This document shows positions 27,035 to 36,920 of a stretch of 64,000 nucleotides of DNA, in pieces. Made by a program: the position numbers and the translations under genes. The first letter of the stretch is position 1. Each line of letters begins with the position of its first letter. Where the stretch lies: NCBI GenBank assembly GCA_036404515.1, contig DASWZK010000071.1, positions 10,704 to 74,703 on the forward strand, written 5' to 3'. This DNA is from Candidatus Limnocylindrales bacterium (GTDB taxonomy: Bacteria > Chloroflexota > Limnocylindria > Limnocylindrales > CSP1-4). Under the pieces are notes generated by a model. It did not search any database. It worked only from the letters and a program-made list of their open reading frames with translations, and was not told where the DNA came from.

Positions 27035-27976
27035 ATGCGCCCCGCGGCCGCTCTTGCCGAGCGGCTGGGGCTCCCGTTCCGTGACCTCGATCTGCTGCAG
27101 CAGGCGCTGATCCACAGCAGCTATTTGTACGAGCATCGGGACCTGGCTGCCGGTCACAACGAGCGCCTCGAATTCCTGGGCGACGCGGTCGTAGGCCTGG
27201 CGATAGCGGACGCGCTGTACGGTCGCTACCCCGACGAGAACGAGGGCGTTCTCTCCGCCCGGCGAGCGTCGATCGTGAGCGCCACCGGACTGGCCCGCCT
27301 GGCCAATCGGCTGGGGCTCGGAACGTATCTGCTGCTCGGTGAGGGCGAGGCTCAGCGTGGCGGCCGTCGTCGGCCGGCCTTGCTCGCCTCGGCTTTCGAG
27401 TCGGTTGTCGGCGCCGTCTATCTCGATCTCGGGTATGAAGCGGCCAGCGGTTTCGTGACTGCGACAGCCGCGACCGAGTTGGCGAGCGATCGTCCGATCG
27501 GTGCTCTGAAGAGCCCCAAGAGTCGACTCCAGGAGTATACCCAGCGCCTCTCGGGCGAGAGGCCGCAATACCGCCTGATCGAGGCTGTCGGTCCAGACCA
27601 TGACAAGCTGTTTCGGATTGAAGTGGCGATCGGTGGGCGGGTGATTGGCGTCGGCGAAGGTCACTCGCGCCGCGTGGCCGAGACCGCGGCTGCGGCCCAC
27701 GCGATCGAGGCTCTGCGGGCGGCGTCCGGGGCCACCGCCGACGGTTCTCTCAATGCCTCGGAGCTGGCCGAGTTCCTCGGCACCGATGTCGACGACAACC
27801 CGGAGGACTGGGACGGCCCTGAGACAGTGCCCGACGCCGGCGGCGAGTCCTGGACCGAGTTCGATCTTGAGACGCTCAACCTGGCTCCGGAGGCTAGGGT
27901 CCTCGATGGCGAGGCCGCGCCCGATAACCCACTTTCGTCAGACAGACGCCCGGCCGATGAAGGCGAGTGGCCGTGA
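27035..27976 (+). CDS. rnc: Ribonuclease III with an acidic C-terminal tail of about 75 aa
   Basis: ERLEFLGDAV catalytic signature. dsRBD: PKSRLQEYTQ...GEGHSRRVAETAAAAHAIEAL. The tail is D/E/P-rich. Confidence 0.9.
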   Translation: MRPAAALAERLGLPFRDLDLLQQALIHSSYLYEHRDLAAGHNERLEFLGDAVVGLAIADALYGRYPDENEGVLSARRASIVSATGLARLANRLGLGTYLLLGEGEAQRGGRRRPALLASAFESVVGAVYLDLGYEAASGFVTATAATELASDRPIGALKSPKSRLQEYTQRLSGERPQYRLIEAVGPDHDKLFRIEVAIGGRVIGVGEGHSRRVAETAAAAHAIEALRAASGATADGSLNASELAEFLGTDVDDNPEDWDGPETVPDAGGESWTEFDLETLNLAPEARVLDGEAAPDNPLSSDRRPADEGEWP

Positions 27977-28040
27977 CTTCGACCCTCTGCCGGGAACGCG
28001 GACCTTCGGTGGGCCATGGCCGGACCGGGGCTAGCGCCCG

Positions 28041-31000
28041 ATGACGGCGCCTGCGCGCCTTCTGGCGCTGCACCTGCACGGGTTCAAGTCGTTCCGCGAA
28101 CGAACGATGGTCGAGTTCGGCCCGGGCATCAGCGCCGTGGTTGGACCGAATGGAGCGGGCAAAAGCAATCTTGCCGACGCACTTCGCTGGGCGCTCGGGG
28201 AGCAGGGTCGGGCGCTTCGACTGCGCAAGTCGGAGGACGTCATCTTCGCCGGCTCCGAGAAGCGGTCTGCCCTCGGCATGGCCGACGTCACTCTGGTCTT
28301 CGGCAACTCCGACCGGCTCCTGCCGATCGACTACGAAACGGTCGAGCTCGGCCGCCGACTCTTCCGCTCCGGCGAGAACGACTACCTATTGAACCGACAG
28401 CGTGTCCGCCTCAAGGATCTGGTTGACCTGCTCGATTCGGCTCATCTCGCCGACAACGCATTCCTCTTCATCGGCCAGGGTACGGTCGATCAGGCTCTGG
28501 CTTTGCGGCCCGAGGAGCGCCGGCCGCTTTTCGAGGAAGTGGCAGGCGTGCGACGCCACGAACGACGCAAGGCCAAGGCTGAGGATCAGCTGGCCGAGGC
28601 CGAAGCCAATCTTGCTCGTATTGAGGACTTACTGGCGGAGCTGCGGCCCCAAGCCCGGCGGTTGGCCTCTCAGGCCGAACAGCAAGCATCGCGCCAGACC
28701 GCGGGTCGCGAATACGGACGGGCCGTCATTGCGCTGGCTCGCTCGCGCTGGTCTGAGGTTGCCGGCCGGGCGCGCGACGCAGCGGGGCAGCTTGCCACCG
28801 GACGCGCCCAGATCGCAGCGGCCATGGCGGAGTTGCGCGAGGGCGAGGAAGCGGCTGCGGCTGTTGCGCGCGTGCTCGCACTCGGATCCGAGTTTGAGGC
28901 TGACCGTCGGGCTGCTCACGAAGCCGCGCGGGGGCTGCTGACCGAACTGCAGCTCCGTGATGCCCGAGCCGCGAGCGACGTGGCCGGGGCGGGCCGCGAG
29001 CGCGAGCGCCTGGAGCGGGACCTCGTGGCGGCAGAGGCGAATCTGGTCGTACAACGGCGCGAGCAGGCCTCGCCCGTTCCCGCCCGCGACCTGGCGCTTG
29101 CCGCTGCCGTGGTCGAAGGAGAGCGAGCGCTGGCGGAGGCGCTCGAGCAGTTGAGCTCGATGCGCGCCGCCCAGCAGGCCCAGGGAGAGGCGCCGGCCGC
29201 GCTGCGGCTGGTCGAGGCAGCGCGAGCGGCTGAGCTGGAAACCGCGAGGCGGCGGCTGGCCGATGCCGAGCGGGGGGCCGCCGACGAACGAGCCGCGGCC
29301 GACGACGTTGCGCGCCGGCTTGAAGCCGCGGAGACGGCGTGCCGGATCCCTCGCGCCGCCCTGTCGAAGGCAATCGACGACGAGAGGACGTCCGTAGCGT
29401 CACGAGAGGCGGCGCGCGCCGAGCTCGATCGCCGGGAAGGCGCGCGCCAGGCGGCAGCCGAAAAGGCGTCGGCGTTGGCCAGCCGTCTGGCAGGGCTTGG
29501 CGGTCGACTCGAAGGCTTGCAGGCGCGACTCGCCGAGGAGGCGACCCGCGGTATTTCGCGGGCGGCGCGCCGCGCCGGCGGGCGGCCGCTGTCCGATGGG
29601 CTCGAAGTGGAGGCCGGCTTTCGGGTGGCTGTCCAAGCGGCACTCGGAGAGGCCATGCGAGGCTACGTGATCGGGCGAGAAGCCGCGTTGGGGCTGGACG
29701 GACAGCGCGGTGTACTGGTCCTCGAGGGTGCCGAAGTCCGGGAGGTTCGGCGTGGGGCCGCCTGGCGCGACCGGGACGCCGAGGCCGAGGCGGTGGCAGA
29801 GGCCGCTGCGGGCTGCGGCGGCGGGCGGCTGGCCGAAGTGATCCGTGTGGATCCAGTCGGTGCCGCGGGCCGCCTGCTGGCCCGTTCGGTGTGGGTGCCG
29901 GATTTGAGTGCTGCCCTGACGATTCAACCAAAGCTGCCCGCTGGATGGCTTGCGGTCACGCTCAGTGGAGCGGCGGTGACTTCGTTTGGGGTCGTCGAGT
30001 TGGGCCGTGACGAGTCGCTTCTGGAGCGGCGGGCCGAGGTCGAGCGTTTGGCCGAGGAAGTTGCGCGCCTTGAGGTGGAATCGGGTATCGCCGGTGCGGA
30101 AGCTGCTGCTGCGAACGAGGCCGCCGCGGCAGCACGCCTCGCGCGGGACGGCGTTCGTGAGGCTGAGCGACGGACCGGGGCCGCTCGTCGCGAGGCTGAA
30201 GAGGCGGAGCGGCAGGCCGCCCGGGTTTTGGAGACGATCGCTCGCGAGGCCGCCTGGCGGTCTGCGCAGGCCGCGCGTCTGGAAGCGGATCGCGACCGGC
30301 TGATGGAATCCGTTCGGCAGTCCACGGTAGTAGCCGCGGCGGTCGCGGAGGGCGCAGAGACGAAGGACGCCGTCGCCGCGACCGCCGGCCCGGACGACGA
30401 GCGAGCAAGCGCGCTGAGGGAGTGGGAATTCCGGGCAGCGTCCCTGCGCATTCGTCGTGACCAGCTGGCGGCGGAAGAGGCCTCGCTTGAAGCAGTCCGC
30501 CATGATGCGGAAGTTCGTCGTGCCCGGGCCTCGGCCGCTGCAAGTCTGGATCAGGAACGGATAGCCGGCCTGGAGCGTGAGAGGGCCGACCTGGCAAAGC
30601 GAGAGCAGCTGATCGAGGCCGAACGGGAGAGCCTGGGCGAGGAGCTGGCAGCTGCCGGTATTCGCGATGCCGCGCTCCGGGCCGAGCTCGACGAGCTGCA
30701 TATTGCCGCTGCGGCTGGGCGCGCGAGGCTGACGCAGTTTGAAGCTGCCGCAGTGCATTCCCGCGATCGGCTTCGGGCGTGCCAGGAGCGAGTTCGAACG
30801 GCAGAAGTGGCGGAAATGGAATCTCGGCTGGCCCTCGACGCGATACGCGAGCAGGTGCTGGTCGAGCTGGCTGGCCTCGGTGATCTGGGCGTTCGATTGC
30901 TGCTCGACGAGAGCGGCCGCGGGGACGGACACGAGACCTTCAAGGCGCTCCTGACGGTCGAACGCGAAGGAGGCGTGGATGCGGCGGATCGCCCGGGGGA

Positions 31001-31787
31001 CGCCGACTCAGATCCCTCTTCGGCCGCAACCCTCGAGAGGCTGCTCGCAAACGCCACGACGCGGTGGGCCAGATCGCCGATTGTCGAACCGCCCGGAGCC
31101 GCAAAGCTGGGCGCTCTTCGGCGCCGCTTCCACGAGTTGGGGGCACCCAATCCCTTCGCGGCGGAGGAGTATGCGGACATCAAGACGCGGCTGGACGGCC
31201 TGGAAGCACAGCGCTCGGATCTCACCGAGGCCATCTCTAAGACGCGTGCCCTGATCGAGCAGCTCAATGTGATGATCGCGACCCAATTCCGGTCGACCTT
31301 CAAAGCTCTCGAGACGGCCTTTGATGGCCGCTTTCGCCAGCTCTTCGGGGGCGGTTTCGCTCGGCTTAGCCTGACCGAACCAGAGGATCTCGCCGCCACC
31401 GGCATCGAGATCGTGGCCCGTCCGCCCGGCAAGAAGGCCCAGCCGTTGAGCATGCTCTCGGGCGGCGAGCGCGCGCTGACGGCCGTGGCTCTGCTCTTCG
31501 CGATGCTCGAAGTCCACCCGGTTCCGTTCTGCGTCCTCGACGAGGTCGACGCGGCCCTGGACGAGGCCAACGTGGGTCGATTCGCAGATGCTCTGCGGGG
31601 GTTGGCCGATCAGACGCAGTTCATCGTTATCACTCACAATCGCGGCACCATCGAAAGCGCCGACGCGCTCTACGGCGTCACGGTCGGAGACGATGCCGTC
31701 AGCCGCGTGATCAGCCTGCGGCTGGAAGAGGCTCGCGAAATCGCCGACCAGGCGACGAGGAACAAAGCAGCGGCTTCGGCTGGGTGA
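28041..31787 (+). CDS. smc: Chromosome partition protein SMC
   Basis: N-terminal Walker A GPNGAGKSNLADALRW, long Ala/Glu/Arg coiled coils, C-terminal signature LSGGERALTAVALLFA, and Walker B CVLDEVDAALD. Confidence 0.9.
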   Translation: MTAPARLLALHLHGFKSFRERTMVEFGPGISAVVGPNGAGKSNLADALRWALGEQGRALRLRKSEDVIFAGSEKRSALGMADVTLVFGNSDRLLPIDYETVELGRRLFRSGENDYLLNRQRVRLKDLVDLLDSAHLADNAFLFIGQGTVDQALALRPEERRPLFEEVAGVRRHERRKAKAEDQLAEAEANLARIEDLLAELRPQARRLASQAEQQASRQTAGREYGRAVIALARSRWSEVAGRARDAAGQLATGRAQIAAAMAELREGEEAAAAVARVLALGSEFEADRRAAHEAARGLLTELQLRDARAASDVAGAGRERERLERDLVAAEANLVVQRREQASPVPARDLALAAAVVEGERALAEALEQLSSMRAAQQAQGEAPAALRLVEAARAAELETARRRLADAERGAADERAAADDVARRLEAAETACRIPRAALSKAIDDERTSVASREAARAELDRREGARQAAAEKASALASRLAGLGGRLEGLQARLAEEATRGISRAARRAGGRPLSDGLEVEAGFRVAVQAALGEAMRGYVIGREAALGLDGQRGVLVLEGAEVREVRRGAAWRDRDAEAEAVAEAAAGCGGGRLAEVIRVDPVGAAGRLLARSVWVPDLSAALTIQPKLPAGWLAVTLSGAAVTSFGVVELGRDESLLERRAEVERLAEEVARLEVESGIAGAEAAAANEAAAAARLARDGVREAERRTGAARREAEEAERQAARVLETIAREAAWRSAQAARLEADRDRLMESVRQSTVVAAAVAEGAETKDAVAATAGPDDERASALREWEFRAASLRIRRDQLAAEEASLEAVRHDAEVRRARASAAASLDQERIAGLERERADLAKREQLIEAERESLGEELAAAGIRDAALRAELDELHIAAAAGRARLTQFEAAAVHSRDRLRACQERVRTAEVAEMESRLALDAIREQVLVELAGLGDLGVRLLLDESGRGDGHETFKALLTVEREGGVDAADRPGDADSDPSSAATLERLLANATTRWARSPIVEPPGAAKLGALRRRFHELGAPNPFAAEEYADIKTRLDGLEAQRSDLTEAISKTRALIEQLNVMIATQFRSTFKALETAFDGRFRQLFGGGFARLSLTEPEDLAATGIEIVARPPGKKAQPLSMLSGGERALTAVALLFAMLEVHPVPFCVLDEVDAALDEANVGRFADALRGLADQTQFIVITHNRGTIESADALYGVTVGDDAVSRVISLRLEEAREIADQATRNKAAASAG

Positions 31788-32881
31788 TCTGGAGGTTTCC
31801 ACTGTTCCTGCGACGCAAACCCAAGGATGAGCCGAAGCCGTCGACCGAACCGGTGGATTCGACCGAGTCGGCCGAATCAATCGCAGCCGCCGAGCCCCCT
31901 GGGTCGGCCGACCTCGCGGTAGCCGGGAGCGCCGACTCGAGCCGTGTCGAGCCCGACGCTGCCGATCAATTGATGCGGCCCGATGACGATACGCCGGGAG
32001 ACCTCGCGACCGGGCTCGCCCGGAGCCGCGGCGGGTTCATCTCGCGCCTTCGAGGAATCCTTCGAAGCGGGCCGTCGGATGCCGATTGGGAGGCAGTTGA
32101 AGAGCTTCTGATCTCCGGCGACGTGGGCGGCGGCCTGGCGATGGAGATCGTCGAGCGGGCCCGCGCCCGCAAGGATGCACCGTCGGCCGAGGCCGCCGTT
32201 CGGGCGGAGTTGACGGCACGCTTGCTGCCGGGCGAGCATGGCTGGCGACCCAGGCCGGCCGAACCGGGCCAGCCGGCGGTGATCCTGATGGTCGGCGTCA
32301 ACGGCACCGGCAAGACGACCACCATTGGCAAGCTCGCCCATCTCTATCGGGCGGAGGGCAACTCCGTCCTGCTCGCCGCAGCCGACACCTTCCGGGCCGC
32401 GGCCATCGGTCAGCTCCGCATCTGGGCCGATCGCACAGGCAGTCAGTTCGTGGCTCACGCCCCGGGCGCCGATCCTGCCGCCGTGATCTACGACGCCCTT
32501 GATGCGGCGATCGCCCGACGCGCGGATGTCGTGATTGCCGACACGGCCGGGCGCCTCCACACGAAGTCGAATCTCATGGACGAGCTGGCGAAGATGCGCC
32601 GGGTCATCGATAAGCGCCTGGCCGGAGCGCGGCCCGAGGTTCTGTTCGTTCTGGATGCTACGACCGGCCAGAACGGCCTCTCGCAAGCGAAGGTGTTCCA
32701 CGAGACCGTGGGCCTTACCGGCATCGTCCTGACCAAGCTCGACTCGACGGCCAAGGGCGGGATCGTCTTCGCCATCGAGGACACTCTCCACCTCCCTGTC
32801 CGGTTTGTCGGGGTGGGGGAGAAGCTCGGCGACCTGCTGCCCTTCGACCCCGAATCGTTCGTCGATGCGCTCTTCGCCTAG
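31784..32881 (+). CDS. ftsY: Signal recognition particle receptor FtsY
   Basis: GVNGTGKTTTIGKLA, ADTFRAAA, DTAGRLH and TKLDSTAKGG motifs, with an acidic N-terminal region. Confidence 0.9.
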   Translation: MIWRFPLFLRRKPKDEPKPSTEPVDSTESAESIAAAEPPGSADLAVAGSADSSRVEPDAADQLMRPDDDTPGDLATGLARSRGGFISRLRGILRSGPSDADWEAVEELLISGDVGGGLAMEIVERARARKDAPSAEAAVRAELTARLLPGEHGWRPRPAEPGQPAVILMVGVNGTGKTTTIGKLAHLYRAEGNSVLLAAADTFRAAAIGQLRIWADRTGSQFVAHAPGADPAAVIYDALDAAIARRADVVIADTAGRLHTKSNLMDELAKMRRVIDKRLAGARPEVLFVLDATTGQNGLSQAKVFHETVGLTGIVLTKLDSTAKGGIVFAIEDTLHLPVRFVGVGEKLGDLLPFDPESFVDALFA

Positions 32882-33192
32882 AGATCTTCTTCGACAGCGC
32901 GGACCATAAGCGCGGCGCCGCTCCGTTTCCCTGCCTGCGGCCCGCCCTCCTGGGGCCCTTCCCGCCGGCGGTTTGCGGGCAGCAGTCTGCGGCGCGACGG
33001 ATTCGGGCGCCGGAGCCCCTCGCGGGCCGCTGGGACCGTGTTGGATTCGGCAGCGGCGCCGCGCGCCAATGTCAACTGTCCCCGCGCCGCTCGATGAGGT
33101 ACACTCCGCCCGCCTCGGTGCTGCCAGAATCCGCGGCCCAACGCCGTCCCGCCCGTCGGGGCGACGGGACGGATCAGGAGTCCAAGCCACCC

Positions 33193-34518
33193 GTGTTCGA
33201 TGCTCTGAGCGACCGTCTGCGCAAGACGCTCGGTGCCCTGACCGGTCACGGTCGGGTGAGCGCCGCGGACGTCGACGTCGCCATGCGCGAAGTACGGCTG
33301 GCGCTCCTTGAGGCCGACGTCAACTTCAAAGTCGTCAAGGACTTCGTCGGGCGCGTGCGCGAACGGGCTACGGGCGTCGAGATCCTCGAGAGCCTGAGCG
33401 CCGGCCAGCAGATCGTGAAGATCGTGGACGAGGAGCTTGTGGCACTGCTCTCGGCCGGCGACCTATCCTTCCGGCTGACCGGCAATCCCGCCGTCGTGGT
33501 CCTTGTCGGACTCCAGGGCTCAGGCAAGACGACAACCGCCGCCAAGCTTGCCCGCCATCTGCACAAGCAAGGCCGCCGACCGCTGCTGGTCGCCGCGGAC
33601 CCGTACCGGCCCGCGGCCGCCGATCAGCTCGAGACCCTCGGCAAGTCGCTCGACCTGCCGGTGTACCGAGCCCCTGTCGGCACGGAGGTCCTGGGCATCG
33701 CCAGGGGTGGGCTCGATGCTGCTCGCAAGCAGGTCCGCGACACGGTAATCCTGGACACAGCGGGCCGCCTGACCGTCGACGTGCCCCTGATGAAGGAGAT
33801 CGCAGATCTGGCTGCGGCGGTCAAGGCGTCGGAAACACTTCTGGTGGTGGATGCCATGACCGGCCAGGAGGCCGTGGCCGTGGCCGAGGCCTTCCACGCG
33901 GCAGTGCCAGTCACCGGGCTCGTCCTGACCAAGATCGACGGCGATGCCCGCGGCGGCGCCGCGCTCTCGATCAGCGCCGTGACCGGTCTGCCAGTCAAGT
34001 TCCTCGGCACCGGCGAAAAGACGGACGCCCTTGAGCCGTTCCACCCAGACCGGCTCGCCGGCCGCATCCTCGGCATGGGCGACGTGCTGACACTCATCGA
34101 GCGAGCCCGGGAGCATTACGACGAGAAGCAGGCGGCGAGGATTGCCGAGAAGCTGAAGAAGAACAGCTTCACTCTCGAGGACATGCTCGAGCAGATGGAG
34201 CAGGTCGGAAAAATGGGTCCGATGGGTCAGATGCTGGAGATGATCCCGGGCATGGGCGGCCTGGCCAAGCAAGCCCAGGACTCGGTCGATCGGGGCGACC
34301 TCAAGCGGGTCGAAGCCATCATTCGGTCGATGACCCTGGACGAGAGGCGCGACCCGAACATCCTCAATGGAGCCAGGCGCCGCCGCATCGCCCTTGGATC
34401 GGGCACGCGCCTGCAGGACGTCAACCAGCTGATCAAGCAGTTCGGCGCCATGCACAAGATGATGAAGCAAATGACCGGGGGTCGACTCGGGCGGCGAGTC
34501 CCCGGCATGTTCGGGTAG
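33193..34518 (+). CDS. ffh: Signal recognition particle protein Ffh (SRP54)
   Basis: FDALSDRL N-terminus, GLQGSGKTTTAAKLA, DTAGRL, TKIDGDARGG, and a Met-rich M domain. I chose GTG 33193 (AGGAG 12 nt upstream). The upstream ATG 33094 would add a non-conserved 33 aa. Confidence 0.88.
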   Translation: MFDALSDRLRKTLGALTGHGRVSAADVDVAMREVRLALLEADVNFKVVKDFVGRVRERATGVEILESLSAGQQIVKIVDEELVALLSAGDLSFRLTGNPAVVVLVGLQGSGKTTTAAKLARHLHKQGRRPLLVAADPYRPAAADQLETLGKSLDLPVYRAPVGTEVLGIARGGLDAARKQVRDTVILDTAGRLTVDVPLMKEIADLAAAVKASETLLVVDAMTGQEAVAVAEAFHAAVPVTGLVLTKIDGDARGGAALSISAVTGLPVKFLGTGEKTDALEPFHPDRLAGRILGMGDVLTLIERAREHYDEKQAARIAEKLKKNSFTLEDMLEQMEQVGKMGPMGQMLEMIPGMGGLAKQAQDSVDRGDLKRVEAIIRSMTLDERRDPNILNGARRRRIALGSGTRLQDVNQLIKQFGAMHKMMKQMTGGRLGRRVPGMFG

Positions 34519-34532
34519 GGGAGGTGCCCGAT

Positions 34533-36296
34533 ATGGATCAGAACCTGAACCCCGGACCCGGCCAAGGCCAGCTCCCGACGGCATCCGGGCCGCAGGCGAC
34601 CCTCGTGACGATGGGCGAGACGTGGGCTGCCGGCGTCGATGCAATATCGGTTTCGCCACGCTCGCGCCGGCTGCGCTGGGGCATCGCGGCGGCGGTCGTC
34701 CTCTGTGTTGTCGTGGCCACGGCGGCCGGTGCGTTCGTGCTTTCCGGTGCCTCTGGCGTCAAGTCGCTAACCGCGACAATCGCCCCGAAGAACTCGCTCG
34801 CATTTCTCGAGGTTCGAACCGACCTGCCCGGTGACCAGCACGCCAACCTGGCCGACTTCATGAGCCACTTCCCTGGGTTCGAGGATCGAGCCCAGTTCGA
34901 CAACGCTCTGGACGAGCTTCTGAACCAGCTCACGAGCGCGGTTTCTCCGGACCTCACCTACTCTTCGGCGTTCAAGCCGTGGATGGAGGGCGAGGTCTCG
35001 GTCGCAGTTACCGACCTTGGCACGGCCGACACTTCGACGTTCCGGCCGCCCAGCGCCGTCGCCATATTTGCCCTCCAGGATCGTGCCGCGGCCGAGAGCT
35101 GGGTCACGTCCGAGCTCGCCCGAATCGACATCACGGCGGCTTCCCAGTCCTACGCCGGGACGACGCTCTATACAACCGGATCCGGCACCGATGCCGGCGC
35201 GTACGCCTTCACGGACCAGGATCTTCTGCTCGGGACGATCGATGCAGTCAAGGCGGCCCTCGACAGCAAGACGAACGGGTCGCTTGCCGACAACGCCAAC
35301 TACCAGGCGGCGATGAACTCGCTCTCGGGCGACAGCCTGGCCCGCTTCTACCTTGATCCCAGGGCGGTCGTCGGCTACGAGCTGGACAGCTACAACGGAA
35401 TTGCGCAGGCAATCCTAGGTGCCGGCGCTTCGCCGCTGGCGACCCTCGGCGTGTCCCCACAGGAAGCTCCGGCCTGGATTGCTGGCTCGATCCGGGCCGA
35501 GTCGAGCGATATGGTCGTGGACGTGGTCATGCCGAGTACGGCATCGACGGGCATCGGCAATCACACAAGCGCTCTCGCCTCGGCGCTGCCAGCCAGCACT
35601 GTAGGGGTCCTCGAGGTCCATTCGATCGGCAAGCTGGTCTCCGACGAGCTGTCGGCCCTGCGGGCCAAAGCTCCCGCCGGCTCGGCGACCACAATCCAGA
35701 GCGTCCAGGACGCGCTTGCGCGGTTCGGTGGCATCGACTGGCTGGGTGACGGCGTCGCCGTCGTGACCAAGGACGGTTCGACCTACGGCGGCGGTCTCGT
35801 CGCCCAGGCCGCCGATGCCTCAACGGCCAGCGCCAAGGTGGCGCTGCTGACCAACCTCGCCGCGCTCACTGGCGGCAGCCTCAACATCTCCAGCCGTCGA
35901 GAGACGTACAAGGGCGTCGACATCACTCTCATCAGCATCCCCGGCGGCACGCGAGGGATTCCGGTCACGATCGCGGTGGCCGCAAGAGGTAACCTCATAG
36001 TGGCCGGCTACACCGACGCGTTCGTCAAGGCGGTCATCGACACATCGACTTCGACCTCGCTTGCGTCGCAGCCGGATTACTCGACGGTCATGGCCGCCGC
36101 TGGCTTGAGCAATCTGGCGTCGTTCTACGTCGACATTCCCGCGCTGGAGGATGCGGTCGGCCAGGCCGTTTTTGCAGCGTCGCCGTCGCGGTGGACTTTG
36201 GACTACAAGCCCTATTTCGATCATATCGGTGGCGTTGGATACAGCGTCGTCGACGGCAATGCGGTTATTCTGCGGCTCGTCGTCACGGCCAAATAG
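34533..36296 (+). CDS. Hypothetical membrane-anchored extracytoplasmic protein (possibly DUF3352-like)
   Basis: A single N-terminal TM helix (WGIAAAVVLCVVVATAAGAFVL) is followed by about 520 aa rich in Ala/Ser/Thr/Gly. The FKPWMEGEVSVAV motif recalls DUF3352 from memory only. ATG 34533 lies 8 nt after GGAGG. Confidence 0.45.
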   Translation: MDQNLNPGPGQGQLPTASGPQATLVTMGETWAAGVDAISVSPRSRRLRWGIAAAVVLCVVVATAAGAFVLSGASGVKSLTATIAPKNSLAFLEVRTDLPGDQHANLADFMSHFPGFEDRAQFDNALDELLNQLTSAVSPDLTYSSAFKPWMEGEVSVAVTDLGTADTSTFRPPSAVAIFALQDRAAAESWVTSELARIDITAASQSYAGTTLYTTGSGTDAGAYAFTDQDLLLGTIDAVKAALDSKTNGSLADNANYQAAMNSLSGDSLARFYLDPRAVVGYELDSYNGIAQAILGAGASPLATLGVSPQEAPAWIAGSIRAESSDMVVDVVMPSTASTGIGNHTSALASALPASTVGVLEVHSIGKLVSDELSALRAKAPAGSATTIQSVQDALARFGGIDWLGDGVAVVTKDGSTYGGGLVAQAADASTASAKVALLTNLAALTGGSLNISSRRETYKGVDITLISIPGGTRGIPVTIAVAARGNLIVAGYTDAFVKAVIDTSTSTSLASQPDYSTVMAAAGLSNLASFYVDIPALEDAVGQAVFAASPSRWTLDYKPYFDHIGGVGYSVVDGNAVILRLVVTAK

Positions 36297-36343
36297 CTGG
36301 CCGAGCATAAGGCCGTACAACTTCTGGAGGAGCAAGCTCGCAC

Positions 36344-36622
36344 ATGGCAGTTCGAATTCGCCTCAGCCGCGTCGGGGCCACCAAGCAGCCGTCATATCGA
36401 GTTGTCGTCATGGATGGCCGCAGTGCCCGAGACAGTCGCGCCATCGAAACGCTCGGCCACTACAACCCGAGGACCGACCCTGTTGAGTTCGCCGTCGACA
36501 CCGAAAAGGTGAAGAAGTGGCTCGCACAGGGCGCTCTGCCGTCCGACACGGTTTCAAGGCTCCTGCAGAACGCAGGCGTCCTGCCGAGAGTCGCGCGCAA
36601 GGCCCCACCCGCGGCCAAGTAG
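36344..36622 (+). CDS. rpsP: 30S ribosomal protein S16
   Basis: MAVRIRLSRVGATKQPSYRVVVMDGRSARDSRAIETLGHYNP. Confidence 0.92.
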   Translation: MAVRIRLSRVGATKQPSYRVVVMDGRSARDSRAIETLGHYNPRTDPVEFAVDTEKVKKWLAQGALPSDTVSRLLQNAGVLPRVARKAPPAAK

Positions 36623-36676
36623 TCCCGCGCACGCGATGTGTCAGGCGCAGCTCGAACAAAACAAAAGAGGAGGCCA

Positions 36677-36910
36677 ATGGCAGCCAAGGATCTAGTCGAG
36701 TACGTCGCCCGCAACCTGGTCGATGATCCCGATGCAGTCGTCGTCGAGGTCACAACGGGCCCGGACGGCACGGTTATCGAGCTCCACGTCGCCGAAGAGG
36801 ACATGGGCAAAGTGATCGGCCGGAACGGCAGCGTCGCCAAGGCGCTCCGAACGCTGCTCAAGGTCATGTCCGCGCGCGAAGGCGAATCCGTCTCCCTGGA
36901 AATCGGCTGA
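36677..36910 (+). CDS. KH-domain RNA-binding protein (YlqC/UPF0109)
   Basis: LVEYVARNLVDDPDAVVVEV...EEDMGKVIGRNGSVAKALRTLL. In the conserved position between rpsP and rimM. GAGGAGG lies upstream of ATG 36677. Confidence 0.8.
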   Translation: MAAKDLVEYVARNLVDDPDAVVVEVTTGPDGTVIELHVAEEDMGKVIGRNGSVAKALRTLLKVMSAREGESVSLEIG

Positions 36911-36920
36911 GTCTTCGGCC

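Noticed and set aside
28402-31570. Numerous overlapping 100-400-aa ORFs in all frames inside smc, with repetitive Ala/Arg/Glu-rich sequence that could be mistaken for repeats or extra genes.
   Set aside because: The repetitiveness comes from the SMC coiled-coil arms (GCN/GAG/CGN-rich codons). The SMC head, hinge and signature motifs lie in one continuous frame.
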